Assembly: GCA_015233115.1 (NCBI GenBank)
Contig: JADFYJ010000014.1
Location: 11,028-75,027, forward strand
Direction: 5' to 3'
DNA: 64,000 bases
Source of the DNA: Candidatus Omnitrophota bacterium
GTDB taxonomy: Bacteria > Omnitrophota > Gorgyraeia > Zapsychrales > Zapsychraceae
Under the pieces are notes generated by a model. It was not told the origin of the DNA, made no database searches, and worked only from the letters and a program-made list of their open reading frames with translations. Numbering within the stretch: position 1 is the first letter of the stretch; every line of letters starts with the position of its first letter. The translations under genes were made by a program, and so were the position numbers. Of this stretch, positions 1 to 10,281 are shown piece after piece.

Positions 1-89
1 TATGGACTTTATTATGAGAGATTATAAATGATAAATGAAGGATGATGGACGATGGACGAAATAACGAATGATGGGAAAAACGATTGATG

Positions 90-114
90 CGGGCGATCGG
101 GAGATCGCCCCTAC
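90..114. repeat. REP-like palindrome GGGCGATC-GGGA-GATCGCCC-CTAC
   Basis: Perfect 8-bp arms; copies at 5252-5275, 5355-5378, 21839-21862, variant 21950-21973. Confidence 0.75.
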
Positions 115-145
115 AAAAAAAAAATAATTAAAAATTGTTGGTAAT

Positions 146-805
146 ATGTCAAATAAACATTTTTCTAAACGAATAAGTCCTTTCATCGGCACCAAACGTA
201 TTATTGTGCTGGCCGTTGCAATTATCAGCGGGTTTTGGGCGAAGAATAATATTATTGTGCATCATTCGGGCGGGCAAGTATCTAATAACCAATCGTACTA
301 CGATGTGAAACGGGTGGTCGACGGCGATACGATCTGGCTGGAAAATGGGGAAAAAATTCGGCTGGTCGGGATGGATGCTCCGGAAAGCCGGGAAAATGAT
401 AAGGCGCTTCGCGATAGTCACAGGACTGGGGCAGATTTGGATTCAATTGTCAAAATGGGGAAAAAGGCGACAGCTTTTGTGCGTGAACTGGTTGACCGCG
501 CTGGCAATAAAGTGAAGTTAGAATATGAAGTGGAACCAAAAGATAAGTATGGCAGGAGTTTAGCGTATTTATTCATAAAAATTCCGGGCGCGACTCCGGC
601 AACTGATCCGAATTTGTATTTTATGCCAAACTCGGATGAAATTTTTCTAAATGCCTCTATTGTTAAAAGCGGTTATGCCTCACCCATGACCATCCCACCG
701 AATGTGAAGTACAGCCATCTCATCGTAGACTTATTTAGAGACGCGCGTAAAAATAATCGCGGGTTGTGGGGGGAGCAGGACAATCTTTTATTTGGAAAAA
801 GATAG
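146..805 (+). CDS. Staphylococcal-nuclease (SNase/thermonuclease) family nuclease, N-terminal membrane anchor
   Basis: N-terminal hydrophobic segment; SNase catalytic-core-like motif VKRVVDGDTIWL...IRLVGMDAPES (cf. V.DGDT...RL.GIDAPE). Confidence 0.65.
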   Translation: MSNKHFSKRISPFIGTKRIIVLAVAIISGFWAKNNIIVHHSGGQVSNNQSYYDVKRVVDGDTIWLENGEKIRLVGMDAPESRENDKALRDSHRTGADLDSIVKMGKKATAFVRELVDRAGNKVKLEYEVEPKDKYGRSLAYLFIKIPGATPATDPNLYFMPNSDEIFLNASIVKSGYASPMTIPPNVKYSHLIVDLFRDARKNNRGLWGEQDNLLFGKR

Positions 806-822
806 GTGATAAAGGAGACTGA

Positions 823-1935
823 ATGGTAATGACTTTTAATAAGAAACGAATGACTTTTAAGGATTTGGTTTCCTCAATTAAGTATGCACATCAGCAATTT
901 TTTGTGCAGGCGACGATGGCTGTTAATGTTTCTCTGACTTTGAGAAATTGGGTTATTGGCTGTTATATAGAAAAATACGAAAGAGTTGGGGTTGATAGAG
1001 CTCGCTATGGTGAACGGCTTATGGATGTTTTGGCAGATGATCTTACTAAACAAGGGCTCACTAGGTGTGATCGTAGGGAACTATATCGGTATCGGCAATT
1101 TTTTATTGCTTATCCTCAAATTGTGGAGTCACTGACTCCACAATTTTTGGTCGGAAAAAAATTACTCATAAAGGGGACTAAAAAGAAAGTGGAGTCGGTG
1201 AGTCCACAATTGATTAATTCAGGAAAGTTTTTAATAGAACGGCTTTCTTTTACACACTTGGCTGAATTGATCGAGATCAGTGATCCTCTCAAGAGAATAT
1301 TTTATGAACATGAATGTATTCGGGGTAATTGGTCTGTACGTGAGCTTAAACGTCAGATATCGACATTGTATTATGAGCGTTCTGGCCTTTCCAAAAATAA
1401 GAAAAAACTTGCCATATTCACTGCTAAAAAGGCGGAGATAGATAAGCCGGAGTTTGTGATCCGCGATCCGTATGTTTTTGAATTTCTTGGTATCAAGCCT
1501 AGGGAAGTTATGAGTGAGTCGCATTTGGAAGATGCTCTTTTAGATCGGTTGCAAGATTTTCTTCTTGAGCTCGGACATGGGTTTTGTTTTGAATCTCGAC
1601 AGAAGAGGATAATCATTGGCGGAGAACATTGTTTTGTCGACCTCGTTTTTTATCATCGAATATTAAAATGCCATGTATTGATTGAGTTAAAAACAGACGC
1701 ATTCAAACATGAACATGTGAGTCAGTTGAATACCTATGTCAGCTGGTATCAAAAATATTCAATGACACCGGGAGATAATCCTCCTGTTGGCATTTTGTTA
1801 TGCACAGGGAAGAATCATGCTATGGTCGAGTTTGCTCTGGCTGGTATGGATAATAAACTTTTTGTAAGAAAATATCAGTTGGAACTGCCTAAAAAAGAAG
1901 AAATTCAGAAGTTTCTGGAATCGCAAATTGAATAG
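823..1935 (+). CDS. DUF1016/YhcG-like PD-(D/E)xK nuclease-fold protein
   Basis: C-terminal FVDLVFYHRILKCHVLIELK...SQLNTYVSWY resembles the DLLFYH...ELK signature of the YhcG/DUF1016 family. Confidence 0.5.
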   Translation: MVMTFNKKRMTFKDLVSSIKYAHQQFFVQATMAVNVSLTLRNWVIGCYIEKYERVGVDRARYGERLMDVLADDLTKQGLTRCDRRELYRYRQFFIAYPQIVESLTPQFLVGKKLLIKGTKKKVESVSPQLINSGKFLIERLSFTHLAELIEISDPLKRIFYEHECIRGNWSVRELKRQISTLYYERSGLSKNKKKLAIFTAKKAEIDKPEFVIRDPYVFEFLGIKPREVMSESHLEDALLDRLQDFLLELGHGFCFESRQKRIIIGGEHCFVDLVFYHRILKCHVLIELKTDAFKHEHVSQLNTYVSWYQKYSMTPGDNPPVGILLCTGKNHAMVEFALAGMDNKLFVRKYQLELPKKEEIQKFLESQIE

Positions 1936-1958
1936 AAAAAGTTAAAAAGTTTCCAGAT

Positions 1959-4900
1959 ATGTCAAAACCTAACCTTAATTTCCAATTCCCCGAAGTCCGC
2001 GTGGTCGAAGCTTCCGCCGGCTCAGGAAAAACCTATGCTTTGGCTAAGCGCTATGTCCAATTGCTATTGCTGCCTAAGAATAGTTCTATTCGGGAAATCC
2101 TTGCCTTAACTTTTACTAATAAAGCGGCGTTTGAGATGAAGCGTCGTATTTTATATTTTTTGCGATCTATGGCGTTGGGTGTGATGCCAGCGGAGGAGTT
2201 GAATCTTATGATCGCTCCGGTGGGTATATCGCCGGAAGCGGCCCGTCTGCGCTGTGCGGACATTATGGATGACATTATTCGTAATTATGATTTTTTTCAG
2301 GTTGAGACGATTGATACGTTTATTAACAGCATGCTGTCCGGATGCGCGTTTAAATTGGGGGTCAGCGCGAATTTTAAAATTAAAACTCAGGCGCGGGATT
2401 ATTTGGAATTAAGCCTGGATCAATTGATTGACAGCGCGTTTGTGCATTCGCCGACCATGGATTTGCTCAAAGATTTTCTGCACAGTTATTTGTATATTGA
2501 AAACCGCAGCGGCTGGTTTCCTAAAAAGGATATGCTCGCGATCATTAATGATTTGTTCAAGGAGATCAATTCCCGTCAGGGACAGTTTGTGACTTCTCCG
2601 TTAAAAAGTGAAGCTTTGGGGGAATTGCGCGGAATTATTCTGGATGAAATGAAATTGCTTAAGCAGGCTTTGCCGTCTGGAATCGATAAACGTTTTGTGG
2701 TGAAACTGGATAAATTTCTGACTGATCACAAAAAAGGTTTTGATATCGACAGTGTCCCGGACTGGTTCACGCATGAAGATATTCCAGTTAAAAAAGGATC
2801 GGATGTCAGCGATGACGCGGATATGCTTTGGAATTTGATCCGTCAAAATTTACTACAAATGTGCGTGGATGAGGCGACCTCATTGTTCAATCCGTATGTG
2901 CATATTTTTAACGCGGCCTGGTCGAGAATCAATGATCTGGCCCGGCAGGAAGATTTATTATTTTTAAGCGAATTAAACCGCAGAGCCTCACAAATGATTA
3001 AGGACGGAAATATCACCATAGAAGAATTGGCGTTTCGTTTGACCAGCCGTTACCGTCATTATTTGTTGGATGAATTCCAGGATACCAGCCGCTTGCAATG
3101 GTCGAATGTGCATGGCTTAGTGCATGACACTTTGGCGCAAGGCGGGTCTTTGTTTTATGTGGGGGATAAAAAGCAGGCCATTTACCGTTTCCGCGGCGGG
3201 GATGTGACGTTATTTGATGATGTAAAGGAAGATTTTAAGCCGTTTAATGTGCAGGAAGAGCAGTTAAGCCGGAACTGGCGCAGCCGGCAGAATATTATTG
3301 AATTTAATAACCGTATTTTTTCCATGGCGAATTTAAACGCGTTCATTGACCGTAAACAAAAATTTGAAAAAGAACAGCCTAATAAAAAAAATCCAGTTAT
3401 TCTTTCAGACAAAGACCGGCATTTTTTAGAAAAAGTTTTCGGCGGGTCAGCGCAGGACATAAAAGCGGACCGGACCGGCGGTTATGTCCGTTTTGAGCAT
3501 ATTGAAGGCAAAGGCAAACTGGAACGGGAAGATGTTTTAAAAGAACAATTTTTTAAAGTTATTGAAGACGTGCGGCAGAGGTTCGAGCTGGAAGATATTG
3601 CGGTGCTGACACGGACTAACGGGCAAGCAAAGTTGATCACGGATTGGCTTCTGGAAGCGGAAATACCGGTTCAGTCTGACGTAACTCTGGATGTCACTCA
3701 GAATATTGTGATCCGCGATTTAGTTGCTTTTTTGAAATTTTTAAATTCTCCAGTCGATAATTTATCATTTTGCGCGTTTATTTTAAGCGGCGTATTTTTA
3801 AAAGCCTCAGGTTTGTCGTTTGATACTGTTCAGGAGTTTTTATCGTCCTTACGCGACAAGCTGGGCCGTAAAAGTGAAGTCGTTATTTATACGGAATTCC
3901 GTAAAGCGTTTCCTGAGGCGTGGGCAGGATTAATCGACGAATTTTTTAAAAATGTGGGATTGTATCCGGTTTATGAATTAGTCGTCACGATATACCGGAA
4001 ATATGATTTGTTGAATCGTTTTCCTGAAGTACAAGGATTTTTGATGCATTTTCTGGAACTGATTAAAAAACAGGAAGAAGAATACTGTGACTTGGGGATG
4101 TTCCTGGAATATTTTGAGGAAGTAGCTGGCGAGGACGTGTATGTCCATATCAGCAGTGGTAACGCGGTTAAAGTGTTGACTGTCCACAAATCCAAGGGGC
4201 TGGAATTTCCGGTTGTGATATTGCCGTTTTTAAGCATGGATGTGCAGGTGGGAGCGGGCAGCGCGGATAATAAGTTGTCGTATGTAGTGCAGGAGGCGGG
4301 CGATGCTTTGCAATTATTGCGTTTAAAAAGCAAATATTACGGCTATTCCGACGATCTTTACAATATTTACGCTCAGGAATATAAAAAAGAATTTTTGTCT
4401 GAACTCAACAGTATTTATGTGGCCTTGACCCGTGCTTCGGAAGAAATGTACGGGTTTATTCCTGCTAAAGTGGGCAACTCCCATAATTTGGCCAAGTTTC
4501 TTTTTGCTGATGATGGGCTGGAATTGGGAACAGTGACGGGACAAAAAATTATTACCAAGAAAAAAGCTGAAGAAGTTGTTATGCTGGAATCCCTGCCGGC
4601 ACAGGACTGGATCGCTTATCTGACGGATGAATTTGTGGCGATTGAAGAGATAAAGAACCGGAAAGAACGGGGGCGGGGTAAATTGATTCATGCGGTTTTG
4701 GCGCGGATTTCGGATTTGGGGCAGCAAAATTTTGATGAATTGGTTTCAGTTAAGGAAATAGATGCTGAGGAGCAGGATTGGAATGAGGCAGTCAATGTTG
4801 TGCGGGGATTGATAGAAGCTGGTAATTTTTCCAAATTTGTAAAGTTGGCTCCCGGCGAAACAGTCTTGAACGAACAGGAGATCGTTGATCATTATGGCCA

Positions 4901-5099
4901 TTCAAAACGGATTGACCGGATGGTGGTTAGAAAAGATTTTGTGGATGTCATTGACTATAAGTCTGGTGAAGAATACGCCGAGGAACAGCAGGAACAAGTG
5001 CGGCATTATATGACTTTGATTAAGACAATGTATCCGCAGAAAAAGGTGCGGGGATATTTGGTATATGTAGAAAAAAAGGAAATTGTTGATGTGCTGTAG
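1959..5099 (+). CDS. AddA/RecB-like superfamily-1 (UvrD-type) helicase with C-terminal PD-(D/E)xK nuclease domain
   Basis: Walker A EASAGSGKTYAL; motif II LLDEFQDTS; motif III VGDKKQAIYRFRGG; C-terminal nuclease motif IDRMVV...VDVIDYKSG. Confidence 0.7.
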   Translation: MSKPNLNFQFPEVRVVEASAGSGKTYALAKRYVQLLLLPKNSSIREILALTFTNKAAFEMKRRILYFLRSMALGVMPAEELNLMIAPVGISPEAARLRCADIMDDIIRNYDFFQVETIDTFINSMLSGCAFKLGVSANFKIKTQARDYLELSLDQLIDSAFVHSPTMDLLKDFLHSYLYIENRSGWFPKKDMLAIINDLFKEINSRQGQFVTSPLKSEALGELRGIILDEMKLLKQALPSGIDKRFVVKLDKFLTDHKKGFDIDSVPDWFTHEDIPVKKGSDVSDDADMLWNLIRQNLLQMCVDEATSLFNPYVHIFNAAWSRINDLARQEDLLFLSELNRRASQMIKDGNITIEELAFRLTSRYRHYLLDEFQDTSRLQWSNVHGLVHDTLAQGGSLFYVGDKKQAIYRFRGGDVTLFDDVKEDFKPFNVQEEQLSRNWRSRQNIIEFNNRIFSMANLNAFIDRKQKFEKEQPNKKNPVILSDKDRHFLEKVFGGSAQDIKADRTGGYVRFEHIEGKGKLEREDVLKEQFFKVIEDVRQRFELEDIAVLTRTNGQAKLITDWLLEAEIPVQSDVTLDVTQNIVIRDLVAFLKFLNSPVDNLSFCAFILSGVFLKASGLSFDTVQEFLSSLRDKLGRKSEVVIYTEFRKAFPEAWAGLIDEFFKNVGLYPVYELVVTIYRKYDLLNRFPEVQGFLMHFLELIKKQEEEYCDLGMFLEYFEEVAGEDVYVHISSGNAVKVLTVHKSKGLEFPVVILPFLSMDVQVGAGSADNKLSYVVQEAGDALQLLRLKSKYYGYSDDLYNIYAQEYKKEFLSELNSIYVALTRASEEMYGFIPAKVGNSHNLAKFLFADDGLELGTVTGQKIITKKKAEEVVMLESLPAQDWIAYLTDEFVAIEEIKNRKERGRGKLIHAVLARISDLGQQNFDELVSVKEIDAEEQDWNEAVNVVRGLIEAGNFSKFVKLAPGETVLNEQEIVDHYGHSKRIDRMVVRKDFVDVIDYKSGEEYAEEQQEQVRHYMTLIKTMYPQKKVRGYLVYVEKKEIVDVL

Positions 5100-5147
5100 G
5101 GCTGTGGAATGCCGTGGCTGGTTTATTACAAAATATTTTCGTTTTTT

Positions 5148-5378
5148 TGTAGCACTGCTCGCGGGAGCTTCCAGCACTACGCGGACATTGCGTCCTTGGT
5201 CGGCTGTTCGCGGGAGCTCACGGCACTACTGCGGACATTGCGTCCTTGGTCGTAGGGGCGATCTCCTGATCGCCCGTACAATAAAGATTTAAAAATCTAT
5301 TATTCCGGGGTTTTGTTTTTGGTTTTGTATTGAAAAAACGAATATTTTGTAAGCGGGCGATCAGGAGATCGCCCCTAC
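5148..5378. repeat. Composite intergenic element: tandem about 45-nt units (GCGGGAGCTC..GGCACTAC.GCGGACATTGCGTCCTTGGTCG) plus inverted pair of REP palindromes
   Basis: Units at 5161-5203 and 5208-5252; REP copies 5252-5275 and 5355-5378 are exact reverse complements; the GGACattgcGTCC hairpin recurs. Confidence 0.75.
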
Positions 5379-5418
5379 AAAAGCGAATAAAAAAAGGTCC
5401 GTCGTTTGGGTATAAAAT

Positions 5419-8220
5419 ATGACTGAAAAAAATAGAATTATTACTATTAGCTTCTGCGACCACTTTATAGAACGGTTGGCTGATCTAATCGTCGAACGGT
5501 ATAAACACTGCGGCTCTGATCTGCGCCGGGTGGCTGTCGTATTCGGAGGCAGGCGGCCGGCTTTGTTTTTGAAGGAGGCTTTGGCGAAGAGATTTAAGGG
5601 GAATTATTTCCCGCCTGCGGTGATTAAGATTGATGATTTGATGAAGGTTATCGTTGAGCAAAATAGTGTTTATGCTCCGGTTCAGGATATGGATGGCGCG
5701 TATTTGCTGTATCAGCTGGTTCAGCAGCATGCCCCGGAATTTTTAAGTCAGCGGCCGACTTTCGCGGAATTTTTACCGTGGGCGAAAGAAATTTCCGCGT
5801 TTATTGATCAACTGGATTTAGAAAATATTGATGATAAGAATTTAATGGATGTGAGCCTAAACGCGGAAATTGGGTTTGATGTACCGGAAGATATTAACGC
5901 GTTATTAAAATATTTAGGTGTGTTGCGCCAAAAATATCATGAAGCATTAAATGAGAAAAAATTATATTCGCGCGGAATGTTGTATCAAAAGGCGGCAGCC
6001 GACGCAGGCAGCGTAAAATTATCCCAATGGGATGAAATTATTTTTGCTAATTTCTTTTATTTGAATGCTTCGGAATTGAAGGTATCCCAAACTTTATGTG
6101 ATAACAAAAAAGCGTTAATGGTTTTTCAAGGTGACAGCCGCAAATGGCCGGTCTTGGAAAAATTGTCCGGGCAATTAAACGCTTCAATTGTCGAAGGCAA
6201 AGCAGTCGATGAGCCAAAATTTGAGCTTAAAATTTATGAAGCTTTTGATGCGCATTCGCAGGTTGGGTTTGTACGGAAGATTTTGAGCCAGACCAAAAAT
6301 TTAGAACGCACAGTCGTGGTTTTGCCTCAGCCGGACCACTTTATTCCTTTATTATCCGAAGTCGCTGGTTCAATCAAAGATTTTAATATTTCCCTCGGCT
6401 ATCCTTTAAAACGCAGTAGTTTATTTTCTTTGTTTGAAAATATATGTGAATGCCAGCTGTCCATGCAGGACGGCAGGTATCACGCGAAAGATTATTTAAA
6501 AGTCCTCATGCATCCGTTTGTGAAAAATTTGTCTTTGTCCCAGGGCCCGGCCGCAAACCGGATTATGGTGCATAAAATTGAAGAAGTGTTAACCGGCCAG
6601 ATTCCGACGGATATTTCCGGAAAATTATTTCTTACTCCTAAAGAAATTTTAGGCACGGAACAAATTTTTGACAGCGCCAGCCGCATGAACGCGAATCAAG
6701 GCGAGGTGAGCCTGGTTCAAGGATTGAAAAATGATTTGAGGCTGATTCATGAGCTGTTTATCGATGGTTGGAGTGATATAAAAACTTTTTATGATTTCGC
6801 GCTGAAAATCAGAACCGTGCTGGACGCGTTAACGGAAAAAAGTTTTCTTAAAAATTATCCGTTAAATATTAATATTGTTAACCGGTTGTATGAACTGACT
6901 GAGCAGTTTTTAAAGGCTGATTTTAACCGCGAAGAATTTTTGATCGAAGAAATTTTTAAAATATTTTATTCCAGCGTGGAACACGAAATCGTGGCATTTT
7001 TAGGGTCACCTTTAAAAGGCCTGCAGATTTTGGGTTTGTTTGAAACCCGTTCGCTGAATTTCGACCAAGTGATTGTCATGGATGCCAATGAAGGCACTTT
7101 ACCCCGTCTGGATTTGCGTTCCAATCTTATTCCCCGGGAAGTGATGTTAGGGTTGAAATTTGACCGGCTCAATATGGAAGAAGAGATACAGCGTTATCAG
7201 TTTATGCGTTTAATATCGTCCGCGAAACAGGTGCATGTGATTTATCAGCACAATAACGGCCATGAGCGCAGCCGTTTTGTGGAAGAGCTGATCTGGGAAG
7301 ATCAGAAAAAACATAAAAAGCTTGAAGCTTTGCCTGTGGTTAAAGGCGCGTTTACGGTTTGTGCGACGCGGGAAATTAAGCGCGTGAAAAAGACCAAGGA
7401 CGTTATCGCTTATTTAAAGGATTTCAAGTTTTCTTCATCCAGCATTAACACGTATTTGAGAAACCCCCTGGATTTTTATTATCAGTATGTTTTGGGCTTG
7501 CGTGAAAAAGAAGACCTGTTGGATGAAGTGGAAGCCAAAGAAATTGGAATTTATTTTCATTCTCTGCTGGAAGAAACCTTTAAGCCTTTTATCGGAAAAA
7601 CTCCGGTGATTGACCGCGCGTTTATGGAAACGTTTCAAAGGATCGCTGAGGAAAAATTCGAGGACCATTTCGGTAAAGCTGGCAGGTCAGCAAATTTTCT
7701 TTTAAAAACAGTCGTGGATGAGCGGATCAAACGGTTTTTAGAGAATGAGCGGTTGTCAGAGGACCGGCAGATTAAACAAATATTATTTTTAGAACAGCGT
7801 TTTACGCATGAAGTTCAACTTCCAGGGGGGAAAGTTCATCTGAATTATGTTTTTGACCGTATTGACGAAATGGCGGACGGCTCAATTATGATTTTGGATT
7901 ATAAATCCGGCGGGACAGATAAAATGCCTAAATCGATTGAGAATATGCGGGATTTGAGTTTTTCTCGTAAAGCCTTGAAAGATAACGTGCGTTCATTCCA
8001 GCTGCCATTGTATTTTTATTATCTGACCCAAAAATATCCGGGGCGCAAATTGAATGCGGCACTATACAGTTTACGCACCATGAAAAATTTTTACTTTATT
8101 ACAGACAAAATGGCGGATTTTTCTTATGATGACATTAATAAATTTTACCTGCAAGCATTAGATTTTGTGATCACCGAGATTCGTAACCCTCATGTGGAGT
8201 TTGAAGAAGATGTGGAATAA
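5419..8220 (+). CDS. AddB-like partner protein with C-terminal PD-(D/E)xK nuclease motif, no intact Walker A
   Basis: 933 aa, directly downstream of helicase-nuclease; C-terminal FDRIDEMADGSIMILDYKSGG (RecB-family nuclease motif); N-terminus lacks GxGKT. Confidence 0.5.
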   Translation: MTEKNRIITISFCDHFIERLADLIVERYKHCGSDLRRVAVVFGGRRPALFLKEALAKRFKGNYFPPAVIKIDDLMKVIVEQNSVYAPVQDMDGAYLLYQLVQQHAPEFLSQRPTFAEFLPWAKEISAFIDQLDLENIDDKNLMDVSLNAEIGFDVPEDINALLKYLGVLRQKYHEALNEKKLYSRGMLYQKAAADAGSVKLSQWDEIIFANFFYLNASELKVSQTLCDNKKALMVFQGDSRKWPVLEKLSGQLNASIVEGKAVDEPKFELKIYEAFDAHSQVGFVRKILSQTKNLERTVVVLPQPDHFIPLLSEVAGSIKDFNISLGYPLKRSSLFSLFENICECQLSMQDGRYHAKDYLKVLMHPFVKNLSLSQGPAANRIMVHKIEEVLTGQIPTDISGKLFLTPKEILGTEQIFDSASRMNANQGEVSLVQGLKNDLRLIHELFIDGWSDIKTFYDFALKIRTVLDALTEKSFLKNYPLNINIVNRLYELTEQFLKADFNREEFLIEEIFKIFYSSVEHEIVAFLGSPLKGLQILGLFETRSLNFDQVIVMDANEGTLPRLDLRSNLIPREVMLGLKFDRLNMEEEIQRYQFMRLISSAKQVHVIYQHNNGHERSRFVEELIWEDQKKHKKLEALPVVKGAFTVCATREIKRVKKTKDVIAYLKDFKFSSSSINTYLRNPLDFYYQYVLGLREKEDLLDEVEAKEIGIYFHSLLEETFKPFIGKTPVIDRAFMETFQRIAEEKFEDHFGKAGRSANFLLKTVVDERIKRFLENERLSEDRQIKQILFLEQRFTHEVQLPGGKVHLNYVFDRIDEMADGSIMILDYKSGGTDKMPKSIENMRDLSFSRKALKDNVRSFQLPLYFYYLTQKYPGRKLNAALYSLRTMKNFYFITDKMADFSYDDINKFYLQALDFVITEIRNPHVEFEEDVE

Positions 8221-10219
8221 TCCTAAATTGCGGTTCGTCTGTCAGATATTATTATTAGTTATTGTCGGTGTTTTAATCTATTCCAACAGTTTGCATTCAG
8301 ATTTTGTTTTTGACGATAAAATTTTTGTGGCGGGCAATCCTAATCTTCACAAGTTAACTGATTTTAAAGCGCTATGGCATTCTCAGCCAGGGTCATCACG
8401 CATTGTCGCTGTCATCAGTTTCGCGTTAAACTATCATTTCACAAAATTGAATGTGGTTGGATTTCATGCGACGAATTTGGTGTTCCATTTGATCAATGGT
8501 TTTCTCGTCTGGTGGCTCATTTGTCTGCTGTTTGAAACACCGGTATTAAAACGCCACCGGTTTTATGAATCTCGAAATGTTATCGCCTGGATCTGCGCGT
8601 TATTATTTGTTGTACATCCGTTACAAACTCAGGCCGTCGCTTATATTACACAAAGATTCGCGTCATTGGCTACTTTATTTTATGTGTTAGGTATGTGCTG
8701 GTATTTAGTGGGCCGCTTGAGCGGTCGAAAACGGTTTTATGTATTGGCGTGTGGCAGTACTGCTTTGAGCATGCTGACTAAAGAAATGGCCATGACTTTT
8801 CCTTTAATGGTCATCATGACGGAATGGGTGCTTTTTGAACATCAGCGGGTAGAATGGCGTAAAATGCTTTTTGGGGGCGCTGCATTATTAGGATTAGGGA
8901 TGATTGTTCCTGCGGTGATGAGGTTTAATATTTTTGCGGCTTTGTTTGACCCCAAGCCAGGGAATTCACATCTTTGGGATACGGTGATGTTTGAACCCTT
9001 TGTGATGACGCAGCTAAAAGTATGGGTAGTATTATTGGCAAAATTATTTGTTCCGATACACCAGAATTTGGATTATGATTTTCCATTAGTTAATAATTTT
9101 TGGCAAATGGATATTTGGGGCAGCGCCGTTATATTGATAGCGCTGCTCGTTTTCGCGGTGAAATACCGGCAGAAAAGCCCTTTAGTCAGTTATGGAATTT
9201 TTTGGTTTTTTGTGGCGATGAGTGTTGAGATGATCCCGCGTATGTATGTGATTTTCGAACATAAAATGTATCTGCCCATGGCAGGCTTAAGTATGGCCCT
9301 TGTCGGATTAAGCTGGGAATGGATTAAAAATAATAAAGCGCGTGGGATAGTTCTGGCTGGGGTTATTATTTTGTTTGGCGTTTTAAGCTATCATCGGAAT
9401 TTTGTCTGGAAAGATGAAGTGTCCTTATGGGGTGATGTGGTCAAACATTCTCCTAACAAGCCAACAGCGAATTACAATTTAGGGTGCGCGTATCAGGAAA
9501 AGGGCATGTTGGATAAGGCCTTATATTATTTTAATAGAACCGCAGCTCTTTCACGGTATGAATACAGCGCGCTGGTTAACCGGTCTATGGTGAGAGAACA
9601 ATTGGGCGATTCAGACGGCGCATTGGATGATTTGAACCGGGTACTCTTGATGAAAAATGATCAATTTGAGGCCTACAATAACCGGGGCACACTTTACGGG
9701 AAGCGTCAGGAATATGGCAAGGCGGTCATGGATTTGAGCAAGGCGTTATACCTTCGTCCTGAGTCCGCGGAAACGTATTATAACCGGGGGTCAGCTTTTC
9801 AAGTTTTGAATAAACTTCCTGAAGCGTTAAATGATTTTACGAAATCCATTCAGTTGAAACCGGATTATTCCCGGGCGTATATAAGCCGGGGGATTGTTAA
9901 TATGATGTTAGGCCGCGATGCTGAAGCTGGCCAAGATTTTACCACAGCCATAGAATTAGAGCCTTATTTTCCGAATTCGTACATGAACCGGGGGATTTTA
10001 GAAATGAAGCTGGGATATGCCAAACAGGCAGGCATGGATTTGAGCCGGGCGGTGGCCCTTAATCCCAATCTGGGAATGGCTCGGTATGATTTATTTCTTA
10101 TTTTTAAGTCTGTCGGTTTAAATGACAAAGCTGCTGAGCAGGCCAAGTATATTATCGAGCATAATCTTGACGTTGATGCGCGGTCAAAAGCAGAGATACA
10201 AAAATTTTTTATGAAGTAA
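8192..10219 (+). CDS. TMTC/PMT-like polytopic membrane protein (DUF1736-type) with C-terminal TPR repeats, paralog 1
   Basis: N-terminal multi-TM region with FHATNLVFHLINGFLVWWL motif typical of TMTC-like GT-C proteins; C-terminal repeated A..Y.NRG.. TPR-like units. Confidence 0.55.
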   Translation: MWSLKKMWNNPKLRFVCQILLLVIVGVLIYSNSLHSDFVFDDKIFVAGNPNLHKLTDFKALWHSQPGSSRIVAVISFALNYHFTKLNVVGFHATNLVFHLINGFLVWWLICLLFETPVLKRHRFYESRNVIAWICALLFVVHPLQTQAVAYITQRFASLATLFYVLGMCWYLVGRLSGRKRFYVLACGSTALSMLTKEMAMTFPLMVIMTEWVLFEHQRVEWRKMLFGGAALLGLGMIVPAVMRFNIFAALFDPKPGNSHLWDTVMFEPFVMTQLKVWVVLLAKLFVPIHQNLDYDFPLVNNFWQMDIWGSAVILIALLVFAVKYRQKSPLVSYGIFWFFVAMSVEMIPRMYVIFEHKMYLPMAGLSMALVGLSWEWIKNNKARGIVLAGVIILFGVLSYHRNFVWKDEVSLWGDVVKHSPNKPTANYNLGCAYQEKGMLDKALYYFNRTAALSRYEYSALVNRSMVREQLGDSDGALDDLNRVLLMKNDQFEAYNNRGTLYGKRQEYGKAVMDLSKALYLRPESAETYYNRGSAFQVLNKLPEALNDFTKSIQLKPDYSRAYISRGIVNMMLGRDAEAGQDFTTAIELEPYFPNSYMNRGILEMKLGYAKQAGMDLSRAVALNPNLGMARYDLFLIFKSVGLNDKAAEQAKYIIEHNLDVDARSKAEIQKFFMK

Positions 10220-10220
10220 C

Positions 10221-10262
10221 ACCGCGCCGGAGGACCTACGATCCACCGACGCGGTGTTCCAT
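10221..10262. terminator. GC-rich hairpin downstream of TMTC-like paralog 1
   Basis: caccgcgccgg...ccaccgacgcggtgttcc imperfect inverted repeat sharing a core with 14069-14100 and 58616-58675. Confidence 0.45.
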
Positions 10263-10281
10263 GGGTTTATAGGGATTGATC

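Noticed and set aside
5083-5463. ORFs 5083-5292 (+) and 5218-5463 (-)
   Set aside because: Entirely composed of the tandem 45-nt units and REP palindromes; Arg/Cys/Gly-rich translation typical of GC-rich repeats, not coding.
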